A DNA stretch of 64,000 nt from Eledone cirrhosa (lineage: Eukaryota): NCBI GenBank assembly GCA_964016885.1, contig OZ024740.1, forward strand, positions 315,084,001-315,148,000, given 5' to 3'. A model generated the notes under the pieces. It was given only the letters and a program-made list of their open reading frames with translations, was not told the DNA's origin and ran no database searches. Of the stretch, positions 27,276 to 43,653 are shown in pieces; the stretch's first letter is position 1; each line of letters starts with the position of its first letter. A program made the position numbers and the translations under genes.

Positions 27276-28374
27276 TTTAAATGTATATATATATGATTGT
27301 GTGTGTGCAATTAAATTGAATTTATTTATTGGTAAAATTAAGCTTGAGCGGAGAAAAGAATTTCCCGTTTTTAAAGAAAGTTAAACGTGTGAATACAAAG
27401 AAACATACTTAAATAAAACTAGAAATGTGCGGTGTCTTCTCGGTGGTGCTTTCGTGCAAAGACTGCTATATTATGTATATAATAAGGAAACAATTTCACA
27501 ATATAATTGAGTTGAAGTAATATCAAAACATACAGACGAGTCACGAACGGTGCATTTGCAAGGATTCAAAACGATCTCAGAATTCGTTGTGTGCAGGTAG
27601 GTATACGTGTGTTGACATGAAAGATGAATTCTTAGGAAAGACACAAACATAGAACAGTGGTCATTACATTAATGCCTTAATTAGAGTGTAGTGGAATGGT
27701 AGATTCGTTAGATCGTCGAGAGAAATGCTTTACGTTCTAAGCTCAAATCCTGTTGAGATCAACTTTGGTTTCATCGTTTCATTGGGGTCGATAAAATAAA
27801 GCACCAGTCAAGTACTGTTGTCGATTTTATCGCCGTTTCTTTTCCCTCCAAATTGCATAAATTAGAAACCCTTAATACCTCAAATACTTTCATCCCGACG
27901 AGTTTGATAAAATATACTACTAGTAACGCACTGGGGTTGATTTAATCAACTTTCATCTCCCCCACCAAAATTGTTGGCCTTGTGCCTAAATCAGAAACCA
28001 TTAATATTAGAAGACGTTGTTGTTGTTTAGTCACAAATCATTTCTAATCGGTCAACTTTCGTTTCATCATTTCATTTGGGTCGATAAAATAAAGTAGCAG
28101 TCAAGTACCGTGGTCGAATTCATAGACATTTCGTTTCCCGCCAAATTGCTGTCCTAAAACTATTTCAACAGTATTCATCTCATTTTCCCAGTCATAGTGT
28201 CTCTATGACATATTTATAATAAGTCCTTCCTATTTTTAAAGACGAAAAACTATTATTTAAGATGGTGGGTTATTGTAGCGTAGAACAAAATGATACAGAG
28301 TATTTAATCAACTTTTACGTTCTCAGTTCAAATCTCCCCGAAGTCGATTTCCCTTTTATTCCTCGCAGCTAATA

Positions 28375-28920
28375 TGATTGCCTGTTGTCTACCCTAGAAA
28401 TCAATAGAGTTAATCAATCGTTGATCAATACATTTGTTCATCAAAAGGCTAAACAATTGACTGTATTCACATTTATGTAGACAGAAATGTGGGTGCTATT
28501 TCTAGCAGGTTGATCGATCGGTCAAATTTCCTGGGGGGGTTTTCAGTATTTTATAGCCTGTTGTCTACCCTAGAAATCAATAGGGTTGATCAATACATTT
28601 GTTCATCAAAAGATCAAACGAACAAACAATTATCCGGATGGAAATATGGACATTTGGTTGTTATTTCTAGCAGGTTGATCGATCGGTCAAATTTCATGGG
28701 GTTTTCAGTATTTTCTCTATTATGATCGCCTGTTGTCTACCCTAAAAATCAATAAAGTTGATAAACAGTTGTTCAATATATTTGCTCATCAAAAGATCAA
28801 AGAATTGACTGTATTCATCTACATTTCTGCGGATTGAAATTTGGCTGCTATTTCTAGCAGGTGGACGACTCGGTCAGGTTTCCTGAGGTTTTCAGTATTT
28901 TCTGTATTACGATAGTCTTA
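28375..28920. repeat. Three diverged tandem copies of a ~175-bp unit
   Basis: CCTGTTGTCTACCCTA(G/A)AAATCAATA at 28381, 28557, 28729. Confidence 0.8.
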
Positions 28921-29290
28921 ATCTACTAACAATGAAAACATGTGTATGTTATATATACATAATGTGAGGCAAAGGAAATGTTATTTGCATTATTACATTT
29001 CAGAAAACCAAATTCGTCCCGTGTTGTTACTTAATGTGCATATATATTCACAGTGACAGGAAGAGAAAACACACACATATACACATACATATACATATAC
29101 ATGCACATGTGCACACATACAGAGAGACGTACAAAAACACACACACACACACACACACATACACACACACACGCACACACACGCACACACATACACACAC
29201 ACATACACATGCACATGCACATGCAAACACACATACACATATACACATGCATCATAAAAACAGATACATCCATACAAAATTGAATGCATG

Positions 29291-29348
<58 letters not shown>

Positions 29349-29487
29349 TTCATATAGATGTTCGGATGTTGAAAATTAACACACATATACACAAAGTCAT
29401 CTCCCCATGCAAAATATAAGTATATTGGCATACACAGATACCCTAATAAATACGTACGTACATTCATATAATCACATATTTAACACC

Positions 29488-29566
<79 letters not shown>

Positions 29567-29671
29567 AGAGAGAGAGAAATATATGTTTATATGTGTGATC
29601 ATATGAATATATATATATATATATAAATTTATATATATATATGTATGTATTTATATATATGTATGAATGTG

Positions 29672-29772
<101 letters not shown>

Positions 29773-30836
29773 AACAAGCAGTGTTCTGGTTGTCCTATAG
29801 CCCCGGTCAGCCCTCAGCAGACCTAACCAGATCTACTAGTTGTACATGACAGAGTACTTCGCGACGTGAGATCTAAAATCAGGACTTCCGCCATCTCTGT
29901 TGGAAAGGTCAGATTCTACAGAAATTAGCGACTATAAATCATTGTATACACACCAATATGTAATGTATGTATGTATGTATGAATGTACGCTCACACAGCC
30001 ACACACATGTATGTGTGTGTACATATAAATGCATATATATACGCGCGCACAGACACACACACACATATATATGTACAGATATATGTATATGTATGTATAT
30101 ATATATATATATATATAAATATATGGTGGAGAGAGTGCAGTATACATATATATATATATATATATATCTATATATATATATATATACACGTATATTGCAC
30201 TCTCTCCCACTCCTCTTCTGTCTATCTAACACACAAATACACAATACACACGCATCACATACATACATATAGATGCACACGAATGCATACACACATTATT
30301 TGCTTATAAAACCTATTCCATTAGTCTGCAGCAGAAAGATGTGTCTGGTGTGAAGCGTCCCATTTTACGACCCTATTAGACTGAATGATTGGGAAAACTA
30401 TGGATATTGTAGAAATATTTTCCTAGAATTTGTGGTTTATGCAGACCTTTAGAGGCCATAAGCACTGAAATGGTTTTAGCGAGCCCCATTTTAATGCATC
30501 TGCCTGGTATAGCTACAGCATTACACCGTATCCATTGTAAATCCGGCACTAGAAAACAACAACTTTATAGAGACCTCTCTTTATTCGAGGCCCTAAGCAC
30601 GTGGTTATTTTGCTTAGTGTTTAATCTAGGGCTGTGATAAGTTCTTGGTCGTTCCTCATCTAGCAGATGATTTTTTCATCAAGATTTCTTTTTTCTATCT
30701 GTGACTATCCCGTTATTTTTATTCAAAAAACATGTTCTTGTATCTACTTAGTTCTCCAAAAGTGTCCTGCACAACCCAACACTTCGTCTAAACCAACAGA
30801 AATTAGCTATGTCCTTTTCTTTTGAGGTATTAACAG

Positions 30837-30907
<71 letters not shown>

Positions 30908-30992
30908 CGAGAGCGAGGGAGAGAGAGAGGATGTGAGTGAGAAGAGAGAGATACCGCTGACTTGGATGACCCCCAGGGTCATAGAGCAAGAC

Positions 30993-31076
<84 letters not shown>

Positions 31077-31090
31077 AGAGAGTAGAGAGA

Positions 31091-31136
<46 letters not shown>

Positions 31137-31340
31137 AGAGAGCAGAGAGAGAGAGAGAGAGAGAGAGACTTCTGTTTTGATACTACACATGATTAACAGA
31201 AAAGTGTGATCAAAGAAAATAATTCAAGTCATTATTTACATGAACGAGCCCAATCAACCTTCCATTACCGGCATGACTACAGATTGTGTCACTTCGAATT
31301 TGTTTCCTTATAACTTTAGTAACAATGTATATTGTTTAAA

Positions 31341-31816
31341 TGACACTCTTTTAAAGGTATATCTGTATGGTTACGATTGTGTTGATGATATATGACACTC
31401 TTTTAAAGGTATATCTGTATGGTTGTGTTGATGACATTTGACACTCTTTTAATCTTTTAAAGGTATATCTGTATGGTTGTGTTGATGACATATGACACTC
31501 TTTTAAAGGTATATCTGTATGGTTGTGTTGATGACATTTGACACTCTTTTAAAGGTATATCTGTATGGTTGTGTTGATGACATATGACACTCTTTTAAAG
31601 GTATATCTGTATGGTTGTGTTGATGACATATGACACTCTTTTAAAGGTATATCTGTATGGTTGTGTTGATGACATTTGACACTCTTTTAAAGGTATATCT
31701 GTATGGTTGTGTTGATGACATATGACACTCTTTTAAAGGTATATCTATATGGTTGTGTTGATGACATTTGACACTCTTTTAAAGGTATATCTGTATGGTT
31801 GTGTTGATGACATTTG
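31341..31816. repeat. 46-bp minisatellite, ~10 copies
   Basis: TGACACTCTTTTAAAGGTATATCTGTATGGTTGTGTTGATGACAT(A/T). Confidence 0.95.
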
Positions 31817-31915
31817 AAGGAAAATTTGTTTCAAAGGTTTTTCTCTCAATTCACAGTTGCTTCTAGAAAATCTATTATTATCCTGATTCATATTATTATT
31901 AATTATCAATATGAA

Positions 31916-32136
31916 GGCGGTGGTTTGGCAGTATCAGTAGAGCGTCGGACAACATGCTTTGCAGCATAGAGTTACGGCCCTTTATGTTCTGTGTTCAAAT
32001 CCCGCCGAGGTTAGCTTTACCTTTCATCGTTACGGGGTCGATAAAATTAAGTACCAGAAATGCACTGGGAGTCGATCTAATCGATTTCCCCCTCCCCCAA
32101 AATTGTTGGCCTTGTGCTTAAATCAGAAATCATTAT
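31916..32136 (+). mobile_element. tRNA-derived SINE, main family (central domain resembles the Meta-SINE core)
   Basis: TGGCAG..TC.GTAGA A box, GTTCAAATCCC B box, CCTTTCATC.TTACGGGGTCGATAAAAT.AAGTACCAG core, (ATT) tail; further partial copies near 10993, 11555, 20343, 26316, 27690-28360, 44230-44425, 59440. Confidence 0.85.
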
Positions 32137-32462
32137 TATAATTATCAATATGAAATTGCTCATTATCAGCATCAGCATGAACATAGAAAGATGGTTGAGA
32201 CATTTTTGCCATTAAGTTTAGCCTACTACAAACATAAATGGAAAGTAATAAGTAATTAGGGCTGAAACACTGAGCTCTGAAAGGGGACATGGTTGCTGTC
32301 CTTCCTTTCACCAGTCTCAGAGACCCTAAAAAGGGTCATAGACGCAGTCCTTCCTCCCACCAGTCTCAGAGGTTAAATTATTCTAAAAAAGAAGGATTAG
32401 AACGAGACATCTTAGATGTTTTATAGACCTACTTCTTTCTTTCATTATTCTTTAGATTTCTA

Positions 32463-32697
32463 GGGCAGTGAATTGGCAGTATTGGTAGAGCGTCGGACAC
32501 CATGCTTTGCAGCATAGAGTTACGCTCCTTTACGGTCTGAGTTCAAATCCCGCTGAGGTTAACTTTGCCTTTCATCCTTACGGGGTCGATAAAATAAAGC
32601 ACTAGTAACGTACGTACTGGGGTCGATTTAATCGACTTTTACCTCCCCCCCCCCCAAAAAAAAATTACTGGCCTTGTGCCTATACTTGAAATCATAA
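32463..32697 (+). mobile_element. Main-family SINE
   Basis: Full head, core and tail. Confidence 0.85.
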
Positions 32698-33444
32698 TTC
32701 TTTATATTTCTCCAAAAAGCAGAACAAGTTCTCAAAGGCAATTTATCGTTATTTAGACATCTTGGTAGAGCTATCTGGTTATGTAAGGCATCGAAAATCG
32801 ACTTTTCCCGCTCCAATACGCGGGGAAAATAGTTAAACGTTTCATTCTTATATTTTCCTATGTGAACGTCTTTATTTATAATTGAAAGATTGAATAATTT
32901 ATATTTCACTGATGTTGTTGACTTATATATAAAAATGAATAGAAATAGTGTGACTTAAATGTAAGTGTATGTGTATGTGTGTATGTCTGTTTATGTATAT
33001 GGATGTGTATATATGCGTTTTTGACTGTGTGTGTTTATGTGTTACTGTGTACGTATGTTGTTTAATCAACTCGTTACACTTAAGTAACTTTCTACCGCTT
33101 ATGAATGAATGTATTATGCGCGTGCGTATGTGTATGTGTGCGTGCCTATGAGTATGAGTGTGTGAATGTGTATGTGTGAGTGTATGAATGTGTGTGGTTC
33201 TATGTGAGTTTATGTAAAGTTAAATGATTATTTAATCATTTTATATTGTTATACAATGTCTCTGTCTACAATAAACAGAAATACAGATAGACATACATAG
33301 ACAGAAATGCATAGATATATATACATAGACACACATACACAGAAATATGCAACTTACACACAGGTGTGAGTGTATATAGGTGACAGTGTATCTATATATA
33401 TATAAGTTTGTCTCTGTGAGAATTTATGTTGTGTATACCTGTAT

Positions 33445-33725
33445 GCGTTTCATCACGGAATACATGCGTAGCAAGTTCAGATGGGCTGGACACGTCGCCC
33501 GGTTCACCGATAATCGGTGAACCCGCGCAGTTGCCGAGTGGTACCCGCGCGAGCGGTATCGACCACTCAGAAGGCCTCCACGAGGGTGGAGTTAAGATTA
33601 TAGGAATATGATTAGGACTACATGGATGAGGAAAGCACGATCCAGAGAGGAATGGACGGCGTGCTGTGACCAGCGGCGCCGAATGGACGCCCGACAGACT
33701 GATCGGTCAAGGTGATCAAGGTGAT
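33445..33725 (+). mobile_element. RTE-clade LINE 3' fragment
   Basis: KFRWAGHVARFTDNR*TRAVAEWYPRERYRPLRRPPRGWS..WMRKARSREEW; short tandem tail (CAAGGTGAT)2. Confidence 0.8.
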
Positions 33726-33734
33726 ATATATAAA

Positions 33735-34178
33735 AGCAAAGGGATATTTAATTTGTTGGTAATTCAACAAATATATATATTTATAACAGTTTCGAAGCAC
33801 TCGACAAGTTTTCTGGAGTATAATATCAATGATATTAATAAATGGAAACCATATTTATTCTATTATATATATTTCAAGGGTACCAAAACTTTGGTACGCT
33901 CTCATCAGATAAAATACAGAGCTTGTTTTATAAATATTGACATATCCATTGAAATATTGACATATCCGGTTCAAGTTTATTCAAGTTTATTCAAGTTTAT
34001 CCAGGTAAAACTTGAACCGTTAAGGTCTCATTCCTGGATATGTCAATATTTATAAAACAAGCTCTGTATTTTATCTGATGAGAGCGTACCAAACTTTTGG
34101 TACCCTTGATATAATAGATAATATAAATAATAGAATAAATATGGTTTTAGAAATATAGTTTCCATTTATTAATATCAT

Positions 34179-34183
<5 letters not shown>
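33735..34183. mobile_element. Head-to-head PLE 3'-end pair in (TA)n
   Basis: Arms ~33824-33947 and ~34035-34183 are reverse complements; left arm has an extra tail. Confidence 0.85.
33856..33916 (-). ncRNA. Minimal hammerhead ribozyme
   Basis: TATTTTAT-CTGATGA-GAGCGTACCAAAGTTTTGGTACCCTT-GAAA-TATATA-TA-ATAGAATA; the + strand twin at ~34067-34138 has lost GAAA. Confidence 0.8.
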
Positions 34184-34212
<29 letters not shown>

Positions 34213-34261
34213 CTTTACCTTTGAGCACATTATTGACAGGGAATAACGAGTTTTAATTTAT

Positions 34262-34276
<15 letters not shown>

Positions 34277-34299
<23 letters not shown>

Positions 34300-34452
34300 A
34301 GTATATGCTGGTTGTTTACCGAAATTCGTTTGTTCGAATTCATATGATTCCAGTTCCTCAGAGAAATAACAACCCAAAGATGGCTGTCACCGAAATATAT
34401 ATAGCAGTACATCTTTAATAAACGAAGCCAAATTTTAAATATTTGATTTAAT

Positions 34453-34460
<8 letters not shown>
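34277..34460. mobile_element. Internally deleted relative of the 43655-44202 insert
   Basis: Shares ATTGAGTATATG.TGGTTGTTTACCGA tail and GATGGCTGTCACCGAAATATATATAGCAGT. Confidence 0.8.
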
Positions 34461-34498
<38 letters not shown>

Positions 34499-34501
34499 AT
34501 A

Positions 34502-34553
<52 letters not shown>

Positions 34554-34688
34554 ACAAGGAAATATGTTTTTGAGCAGCGAGAAATAGAAGCTATCGCCAT
34601 ATTTTTGACTAAAAACATTTTTTAGCCTGATAGTGGGGTTTAGAACCCTCTAAGAAATGGAAAAAGATGAGTACTGACGTATATATAT

Positions 34689-34756
<68 letters not shown>

Positions 34757-34832
34757 TTATATATTATGAATCTGTGTGTGTCTGTAAGTGCAATTGTCTA
34801 TCTCTCTGTCAGTCTGTCTATCTGCCTGTCTG

Positions 34833-34875
<43 letters not shown>

Positions 34876-35812
34876 CCATGGACGGACGTGATGTGCATAA
34901 GTATGTGATGTGCGTGATGTGCATAAGTATGTGTGTATATGTTTGTGTGTATGTGTGTGTGTTTCTGTGATATGGCCTATATAGTTATTTAAATGCCCAT
35001 GATGACTCCTCTATCATTCAGTTATTTTAGTTTCAACCTAGTCTCACACCAAGACACTTGGCAAACACCTCAACTTCTAAATTAAAAGTGAAGAATAAAC
35101 AACGAATAAAATATCTAGAAATCTTCTTTAACGCAACACCTCATATTCTTTCAAATATAATAATTATCATCTTACAATTCCAAATTCCACCTTATTATCG
35201 CGGTCTGATGCTATAAATAGTTCTTAGGAAATAATGAATTTATCTTGCATTTACGAGAACAAACGAAGCGATCTCTACAAGATTTGATCGACCTGTTACA
35301 AATAGCAGCCAAATCTCCCTTGAAATTACGTTCTGCTGTCTAAATATATAAAGCCACATTAGATAGTATAACCCTGTATATACAAAAGAGACATGGCTGT
35401 CACATGGCTAGAACCTCTATGATTTACCGGTGGTAACCGTGAACTAAACAACAGCTCCAGGAACAATAATTATATTTCTCCCCATACTGTACTAGAATGG
35501 AACCTCTTTCGTACCTTTCTTTCTCCTTCAAATGGAAAAACCTGAATCAATTCAACCTCAACATTAACTGCTCTAACCTCTAATCCGGTTACCGAGCAGA
35601 ACAGAACCCGAAAGGGCCACAGGCTTGAAAGCGATTCTGGGTTGTACGAAAACTAATACTGGCTCATGTTTCCCTTGTGTTAAACACCAGGGAATATGAA
35701 GTGCCAATCACTACATTACAAGGGAGGTGACAACTGTGACATTAAGATATCAACTGTCTAAAGAAGAGAAAGGTACAAAAAGTGAACTAAGAGATTGAAA
35801 TAACTTAATCAG

Positions 35813-36296
35813 AAATAGACACCACATCGTTACCACCTACATAATAGACACCACATTGTTACCACGTACATAATAGTAACCACATTCTTACCACGTACAT
35901 AATAGACACCACATCGTTACCACTTACATAATAGACACCACATTGTTACCACTTATATAATAGACACCATATTGTTACCACTTATATAATAGACACCACA
36001 TCGTTACCACCTACATAATAGTAACCACATTCTTACCACGTACATAACAGACACCACATCGTTACAACAAACCTACAACACTACCACCTACATAATAGAT
36101 ACCAATCGTTACCACGTACATAACAGACACCACATCGTTACAACAAACCTACAGCGCTACCACCTACATAATAGATACCAATCGTTACCACGTATATAAT
36201 AGAAAACACATCGTTACCACATATATGACAGACACCAGATCGTTACCATGTACACAACAGATACCACATCGTTACCACGTACATAACAGACACCAT
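35813..36296. repeat. ~29-bp minisatellite
   Basis: ATAGACACCACATCGTTACCACGTACATA variants. Confidence 0.9.
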
Positions 36297-36349
36297 ACTC
36301 GATGACTTGTAATAGAAGGACAAGGAATAGCGGTTACTTTTATCAATGA

Positions 36350-36860
36350 TTAAGTGAATCTGCTATCCAGTCATATCTGATATTTTATCCAATAATATAT
36401 GATTGATTTTCTATTGATATCTTATTGACTACCCAGTGATATCCTATTGACTACTTAGTGGTATCTGATTGACTATCCAGTAATATCTTATTGACTACCC
36501 AGTGATATCTTATTGACCACTCAGTGATATGTGATTGACCACTCAGTGATATCTGATTGACCACTCAGTTATATCTGATTCACCATTCAATGATATCTGA
36601 TAGACCACTCAGTGATATCTGATTGACCACTCAGTGATATCTGATTGACCACTCAGTGATATCTGATTGACCACTCAGTTATATCTGATTCACCATTCAA
36701 TGATATCTGATAGACCACTCAGTGATATCTGATTGACCACTCAGTTATATCTGATTGACCACTCAGTGGTATGTAATTAACTATGTGATTAACTAACCAC
36801 TGAGACTTAATTGATATTTGATTGGTCAATTAGTGATTTCTGATCAACTATCTAGTGATA
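36350..36860. repeat. 22-bp minisatellite
   Basis: GATATCTGATTGACCACTCAGT, homogeneous centre and decayed edges. Confidence 0.9.
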
Positions 36861-37056
36861 TCCATACTTTGATTGGATATCGCACAGTTTTACGTTCGTA
36901 CATTTCTCCCAAAGTCATCATCGCCTCATAATTGAAGTGAAATACTTCGAACAAGGAACTCAGCTCAATGAAAGATTACCTGTACTCTATGCCATATACA
37001 CATGCATGTATAGACGTGATCACTCAAACACACAGACACAGACACAGACACACACG

Positions 37057-37138
<82 letters not shown>

Positions 37139-37149
37139 TGTGTGTGTAC

Positions 37150-37182
<33 letters not shown>

Positions 37183-37195
37183 CGTGTATGTATAC

Positions 37196-37256
<61 letters not shown>

Positions 37257-37257
<1 letters not shown>

Positions 37258-37355
37258 CGAAGGAAGTGTGGTAAGGAGCCAGATGGACCATAACGCACCA
37301 GAGAACTCAATACTTAAGGTAATAGAGTGGGTAATAGGAAAATGTTTAACATTTT

Positions 37356-37362
<7 letters not shown>
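37257..37362. mobile_element. Miniature head-to-head insert (tail + ~13-bp inverted arm) in (TA)n
   Basis: Tail homologous to 49766-49850; ATAGGAAAATGTT-T-AACATTTTCCTAT palindrome. Confidence 0.75.
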
Positions 37363-37421
<59 letters not shown>

Positions 37422-37882
37422 TATATACATATAATATATATATATATACATGCAAACACACACATACACACATACATACACACGCACAGACACACAGAGA
37501 TAGGTACACACACATAGAGATATGTACACACACACATACACATAAGGCCACACGCATTATGCACACAATACATATATTCACACCCAGTGTGAGCTTGTAA
37601 TATCAAATGAAGTGAGGGAGAACAACAAAGTGTTATATTAAAGCGAGTGTCGACATCATATGGAGTTATGGATAAATCAGGAGTATCACTGTCTGGGAGA
37701 TTTGACGGTTGGTTTAATATCTTGAAGATAAGGAGGAAGGGTAAACAGATTAAAAGGTAGAGAGGGAGAGTGAGAGAGGGGGAGAGGGAGAGAGAGAGGT
37801 ATGAGAGAGAGAGAGAGAAACTAACCAAAAGATATTATCTCTCTCTCTTTCTATATATATATATATATATGAATGTATGTAC

Positions 37883-37917
<35 letters not shown>

Positions 37918-37939
37918 TATATATATATATATGTATATA

Positions 37940-38685
<746 letters not shown>

Positions 38686-38839
38686 TATCTTTGTCTCCTT
38701 TTTCTTGCTATCTCCTCCCTCACTCCTCGGTGAAAGGCTTATGCCCGAATCGTCACATCCACATCCCCCACTCTCACTAAGCGTGAAACTAATTCTATTT
38801 GTAACGTGTACTCCTGCGTTGTCTGTTTTTTGTATTCCG

Positions 38840-38907
<68 letters not shown>

Positions 38908-38973
38908 CGTTTTTGGCAACATGACCCTCCCAAAGTATAACAATATATATATATATATATGTATATATATATG

Positions 38974-39058
<85 letters not shown>

Positions 39059-39071
39059 GTATATATATATG

Positions 39072-39108
<37 letters not shown>

Positions 39109-40089
39109 ATCTTTGTGTGAACGCGTGTATGTGTGAAATAAAAAGACATTATATTTATATATATATATATATATATATGCATATACATCAATGCATACAC
39201 ACACTAACACATACACACACATACACACATACATACATATATGTATATATACACAGCTCTTGACACAGACCAACATGTCTTTCTGCCGTTTCTCACTTCT
39301 CACTCACCCACTCTCTCCGTCTCTCTCTCACTCTATCTCTCTCCACACACACACACGCACACACACATACACACAAATACGTACACACATAAACTGCTAA
39401 TGACAGACGCGATGGATGGAAGGGGAGTAAAAGAATGAACAGAAGATTGAAAGCGTGAGAATGGGAGAAGTTAGCCAATAGCCAATATATATAGATAGAT
39501 ACGTTGAATTATATATAGTGAGCGCTCTAGTTGCCATCTATGTTAATAACGTAAGGTTACTAGTTTAATTGGAAGCAACAAAAATATGGTCCGTGGCTAG
39601 AAATTATTTAGAGCAGAAACTGTGGACGACTTAAATATAGAGAAAGAAATGTAGTATTGAAAAAAAAGTAACCGATAGAAGCTATATATCATTATGAATA
39701 AAATAGTTTTATTCTTTATTTTACGACATGTTTAACATATCTATTCAAACAATGGTACAAATAAATCTTTCGCTTCGAGATTTTTTTTTACGAATGCAGA
39801 CGATAAATATAGTGTAGGTTACATACGTCGTATTTCTTCCCGGAACTAGATTGTGTATCCTTATTTCTTTCATGTGTAAATGTTCTTTTAAGTGTAACTG
39901 AAATGATTTCATTGAAAAATATTCTTGAATAAATAAATACGTACATAAATAAATTAAAAACAAAAATGAAAGAAAAATTTTGATTGAAAATTGAACAGGG
40001 AAATTTTGAATTGAAAAAGTTTCATCTCATTTATGCCAGTAGGGATTTCCATAAAAGCATCAACGTTATAAAACATCCATTTCGTCTTT

Positions 40090-40273
40090 ATAATTGTTTC
40101 TACTTTTGGCACAAGACCAGCAATTACCCAGTACATTACTGGTACTTTATTTTATCGACCCCGTAAGGATGAAAGGCAAAGTGAACCTCGGCGGGATTTG
40201 AACTCAGACCGTAAAGGGACGTAACTATGCTGGAAAGCATGGCGTCCGACTCTCTACCGATACTGCCAATCCA
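40090..40273 (-). mobile_element. Main-family SINE
   Basis: Reverse complement of head/core/tail. Confidence 0.85.
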
Positions 40274-40325
40274 CTTTATAATGATATATTTTCAGTGAAT
40301 TTGCTTTTACTATCGAGAATGCGTA

Positions 40326-40548
40326 GGGGGGTGAATTGGCAGTATCGTTAGAACATCGGAAAACATGCTTTGTTGCATTGAGTTACGGTCCTTTACATTC
40401 TGAGTTCAAATCCCGCCAAGGTCAACTTTACCTTTCATCCTTACAGGGTCGATAAAATAAAGTACCAGTAATGCACTGGAGTCGATTTAATCGACTTTCC
40501 CCTCCCCCAAAATTGCTGGCCCTGTGCCTAAATCAGAAACCATTATTG
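40326..40548 (+). mobile_element. Main-family SINE (head-to-head with the previous copy)
   Basis: Full head/core/tail. Confidence 0.85.
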
Positions 40549-41064
40549 TGAAAGTGTGTAGCTTAGTGGTTAAAACATTTGGTTCAGGGTCGTCAGATTG
40601 ATCCACCGTGAAGCGTAGCTTCCTTGAGCAAGACACTTTATTTTAAATTACTCTAGCACACTCAGTTGGTGGAAAGGAGCTGTAACTGTTGCTCGAAGAG
40701 TCAGCCATGTTATACACATATAATGCAATTGATCCATCCAGTTTATTTTTGTTTTGCTTTTTGCCTTTTCATCTTCAGCCGCCTTTTTCTTATGTTCTAG
40801 ACACTCCATTAAACATTTCTCCCAATTATTATTCTTTCGACATACACCTCTCCAGTGTGTGAGTGTGTGTGTGTGTAACAACAGTTCCAGTCGGTGATGT
40901 GTCTTTGCACATATAAGCTCGCATATCTGATGCGATATCGAAAAGGAGTCGGCCCCTTCACTTTGATTGTACCCTGAGCTGCTCGATATCGAAACAATTG
41001 TAATATGCTACAACATATGCTGACTTCGACTCTTTTAAATATATATATATATATATATATATAT

Positions 41065-41403
41065 CTAGGGAGTGTAACTTGGAGTTACTGCAGGTTCACC
41101 CGGGTGAGCACTCGACGTTTAGGTTCACTTCTGTGTTGAGGTGTAGAGCTATACAGAGTGTAATATATTGAAAGGATAACAAGGACGATTGGTTACTCCT
41201 TCATTACATTTATTGGTAGGTGACGCGCGTTTCGCCACTGATCAGCTCAAGGTTCGATCTTTTGAAAAAGGGTCCGTCGAGCTGCCGATTATTGAGTCGG
41301 GTAAGATCGATACAGATCGAACCTTCAGCTGATCAGTGGCGAAGCGCGCGTCACCTACCAATAAATGTAATGAAGGAGTAACCAATCGTCCTTGTTATCC
41401 TTT

Positions 41404-41410
<7 letters not shown>
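41065..41410. mobile_element. Head-to-head PLE 3'-end pair in (TA)n
   Basis: Arms ~41166-41260 and ~41314-41409; hammerhead 3' half GGC-GAAA-CGCGCG-TC then AATAAA; left arm has ~100-bp extra tail. Confidence 0.85.
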
Positions 41411-41447
<37 letters not shown>

Positions 41448-42327
41448 TACTCTTGAAGAAATAGGGTATGTTCCGACCGGGTTTAAAGTGCCCATCCCGT
41501 CTGTCGTATGTCATGACGGCGCTCCTACAACTCCATCAGTATTAACTGGTGTATAATATAATGTAGAGAGACATGTGAATAGACAGCGACAAAAGTATTA
41601 TAGGACTAAGGATATTTTGCAACAACTTTCGAATCCAAAATTTCGTTGAAGTATTGGGTTCAAGATCTTGATAGAATATTGTCCAAAAGCTAATCAAATT
41701 ATTTTTATCTAAAGATTGGATGAGGGATTCGCTTGAAAGATCTTTTATTCATTATTTATAAAGTTTTCAGCAACAGGAAGACATTCTAGAACTATTTGAA
41801 GAAATCTTCTGTCAGTAGAATAAGTTTGAAGTAACAAATAACTTGATCAAGTCTTGATCAAAAGAGAGAAAATATTTGAAATTATGAATATATTATACAT
41901 TGAAGGTATAACACGTATGTGTGTGTGTGTGTGTTTTTCTGTGTGTGTGTGCATGTTTGTGTGTTTGTGTGTGCATTCACACAATGTCTTGATACTTTTA
42001 AGCGATTTCATGTACTTGTTTATGTGTGAGTATGTGCCTGATAGTTTTGTGTATTGATAAATTCATTTGTGCCTGTGTGTGACAGTGTGTGTCTGTGTTG
42101 TTGTGTCTGTGTGAATCTATGTGTGTCTGTATGTTTGTCTGTATGTTGGTGTCTGTCTGCTTGTCTGTGTGTGTCGCATAAGAATGGACGCATGAATTTG
42201 TGTACGTGGATGAGAGTGTATTTACGCTTGTAGTGAGTTTATGTAGGTGTGGTGTATACATTTCACAAGATTTAAAACTTCCTTTATTTATGTGCATATG
42301 GTTTTGAGAGTTTACAGTTGATAAAAC

Positions 42328-42358
<31 letters not shown>

Positions 42359-42403
42359 CTTCTTCTTCTTCTTCTTCTTCTTCTTCTTCTTCTTCTTCTT
42401 CTT

Positions 42404-42458
<55 letters not shown>

Positions 42459-43559
42459 CACTACTACTACTACCTCCTGTTCAGAGGAGGCATTTAGCTC
42501 TAACCAGCTTGTGAAGGCGCGTGGCTTAGTGGTTAGAAAATTGAATTCACAATCGTGAGTTTGTGAGATAAATTCCTAGACTGGGTGATGCATTATGTCT
42601 TAGAGAAGACACTTTATTTCACGCTGTTCTTTCTACCAGGAGTTGCAACCGATAGATAGTATCAGCAATGGAAAGACCAATGGAAACATTGTTTCCTTGG
42701 TCCGATTTAACGAGTTCCACCTCATTCGGTAAACGAGTGAGATCTGGAATCTTGATCGTTTTGCCTAGCTTAAAACAATGGGAATAATTTACTCTTAAAA
42801 GTCCTTTAACAGTTTCGAAAACATTTGTAACAATAACAAAAGAAGCCCTCTAAGGCCATAAGCACATCCCTTTCCTCCTGACCAAACAATTAAATAACAA
42901 AACAAGAACTAGTCGAAAATAACAAACAGCAATAACAACAATATCTTCAGTTGATTTTGTAAGAAAAACGAAAGTCGTATTGTCAATTACACTAAAAATA
43001 TACATACTGCAGTGAAAAGAAATATTCTAAACCCAATATTAAGCATTACTCATCGAAGATTTCATTAAAGAAATATTATAAATGCACTTAACTCAACTTA
43101 AATCAACATTTATAAACGCCAGGGTTTTTAGTTTATTTTTTATTGAATTTCATGTTCAATGACTCGCAAAGAAAATATGTAAGAACACGTATTTAGATTG
43201 TCCAAAGATCGTGTTAAGTGTATTATATTTTTCTAATGAAATCCCAGGTGAGTAATGATTAATATTAGTTTTAGAATATCTATTTTCTCTGTAATATATC
43301 TTTCTATTTTCTAAGCGACTGCACAACTTCTGTTGCAGCAATACGACAATACGACTTTAAACATGGTTTTTATGACATGACCCAAAACAACCCCCTTTCT
43401 TACTTTCTCTCTTTCTTTATATATATATATATATAAATAACAAAACAAACTGCACAGTACATGGAAGAAATATATTAGTTTAACGCTTGAAATACCAGGT
43501 AAAGAGTCTTAACGTTATATATACATACATACACACACACGCACGCGCACGCACACACA

Positions 43560-43653
<94 letters not shown>

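Noticed and set aside
31341-31816. Regular 46-bp array as CRISPR
   Set aside because: No unique spacers, no cas genes, eukaryotic context; a plain minisatellite. The same applies to 35813-36860 and 60854-61197.
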